IMG/VR virus record: IMGVR_UViG_3300020042_002158
Coordinates: 1-25,672 of that record
Length of the DNA: 25,672 nt
Source of the DNA: a virus
Lineage: Duplodnaviria; Caudoviricetes
Reading direction: 5' to 3' (one strand)
Below the pieces are notes generated by a model. It saw nothing but the letters and a program-made list of their open reading frames with translations. It did no database searches and had not been told where the DNA came from. Shown here one piece after another: positions 24,597 to 25,672 of this stretch; within the stretch, counting starts at the first letter, position 1; each line of letters starts with the position of its first letter. Made by a program: the position numbers and the translations under genes.

Positions 24597-25672
24597 TTAC
24601 CTTATCGAATACCCCAAAGGGTCTGTATACATGGGGTTGCTGGGGTAGTCTAACTCATTGGCTAACAAATCAGGTGCGGCTAATCCTGCGGCGGCTGCAA
24701 TGGCAGCAGTCTTACGCAAAGGATCAAAGGCAGCAAAACGTGAACGGATTTGGTCTGGACTAAATATTGCCCCAACATCAATAAGTTTTGCTCCACTACC
24801 ACCTGGATCGTATGTGTTTTTCATGATTACTGCATCATGACCGCCTGCTATTGCTTGGTCAATCAAATCTGAATACGATTGATCTCTATATGGTTGGCCT
24901 TGGAAATCATGAATAAGTGGATTTTTATACCTTAAAGCAACAGGCATAACATTGCCACCTTCTTGAGTGTGCTCTACTAATGCTCTTTCTGCTTTAACTG
25001 CCTTGAAATTATCTATCTGTTTTAAAACTGGAGTTGCTGCATCTTCTCCAACAATATTAACAATTTCTTTTTTTAATGCACTTAATTGGGGTTGGCTATA
25101 ACTGTTATACCAACCATAAGGCATCAATTGCTTTACTCTTAAATCTAATGCCTCTGCCTCTGCTTGTGGTAATTTTTTGTTATATATAGTGTTTTGAATT
25201 GTGCTTAACATTTCATCTCTAGCATCGCCATATTTAGCAACTAAAGATTGCGCTTCTCGCATTCTATTTATTTCAGAATCTTCTGCAATTTGCATTTGTT
25301 TTTCATATTCATCCCAATTCTTATTTTTTTCTGCTGCATTGGCTTTACGCATTGCATCTCTATATTCTCTAGAGCCTCCAATCTGGGCATAACCAGATGC
25401 GGTTTCTGCTCCATGCCCTTGCATTGATACTGTATTTAACTTGGCTATTTCTTCATCAGGTATGCCTAATCGTTTAAGCATATCAATAGATGATTGATCT
25501 GTTGTTTTAACTAGCATTGATGCTGGTGGATTTTGAGGATCACGGGCAAAGAAAAATGCTTTTTTTGCGCTTGGTGCGCCAGTAGCTTCACCTAATAAAT
25601 TTGTTTTAAAATTTGTAATATCACCAGTTGTTCCATGATACCAATCAGGCTCATATCCTTGTTGCAGCATTC
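24597..25672 (-). CDS. ART-PolyVal-like ADP-ribosyltransferase-fold protein (probably 5'-truncated)
   Basis: WYHGT...AFFFARDP...ETASGYA...GGNVMPVALRYKNP...GHDAVIMKN...IFSPDQIRSRFAAFDP. Confidence 0.7.
   Translation of the reverse strand, partial: MLQQGYEPDWYHGTTGDITNFKTNLLGEATGAPSAKKAFFFARDPQNPPASMLVKTTDQSSIDMLKRLGIPDEEIAKLNTVSMQGHGAETASGYAQIGGSREYRDAMRKANAAEKNKNWDEYEKQMQIAEDSEINRMREAQSLVAKYGDARDEMLSTIQNTIYNKKLPQAEAEALDLRVKQLMPYGWYNSYSQPQLSALKKEIVNIVGEDAATPVLKQIDNFKAVKAERALVEHTQEGGNVMPVALRYKNPLIHDFQGQPYRDQSYSDLIDQAIAGGHDAVIMKNTYDPGGSGAKLIDVGAIFSPDQIRSRFAAFDPLRKTAAIAAAAGLAAPDLLANELDYPSNPMYTDPLGYSIR

Larger units (their letters stand above)
1..25672. mobile_element. Tailed phage (podovirus-like) genome segment
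   Basis: Contiguous portal, scaffold, capsid, tail, ejection and lysis genes plus an array of small early genes; dense ATGA/TAATG gene overlaps; no host housekeeping genes. Confidence 0.95.

Overview
This is a 25.7-kb segment of a tailed dsDNA phage (podovirus-like gene set) with two convergent blocks. The left end has a partial RuvC-like resolvase and an XRE/Cro-type HTH gene on the minus strand. A divergent intergenic region with three TTGAC-N6-GTCAA-like palindromes follows, then a tightly coupled plus-strand array of small accessory genes. That array contains a stand-alone 223-aa class II aminoacyl-tRNA-synthetase catalytic core of the homodimeric GlyRS type with no anticodon-binding domain, which is the most striking gene in the window. 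The minus-strand late operon runs from the right end in this order: ART-PolyVal-like ADP-ribosyltransferase-fold protein (partial), portal, a collagen/repeat/S74-chaperone fibre, small membrane proteins, zinc-ribbon protein, scaffold, major capsid, decoration protein, five tiny mostly Lys-rich proteins, tail adaptor and nozzle, repeat tail fibre, a 4-His cupin, three probable ejection proteins, holin-like protein and GH24 endolysin. I saw no integrase, terminase, tRNA or CRISPR array. All family calls come from reading motifs by eye, not from database searches.
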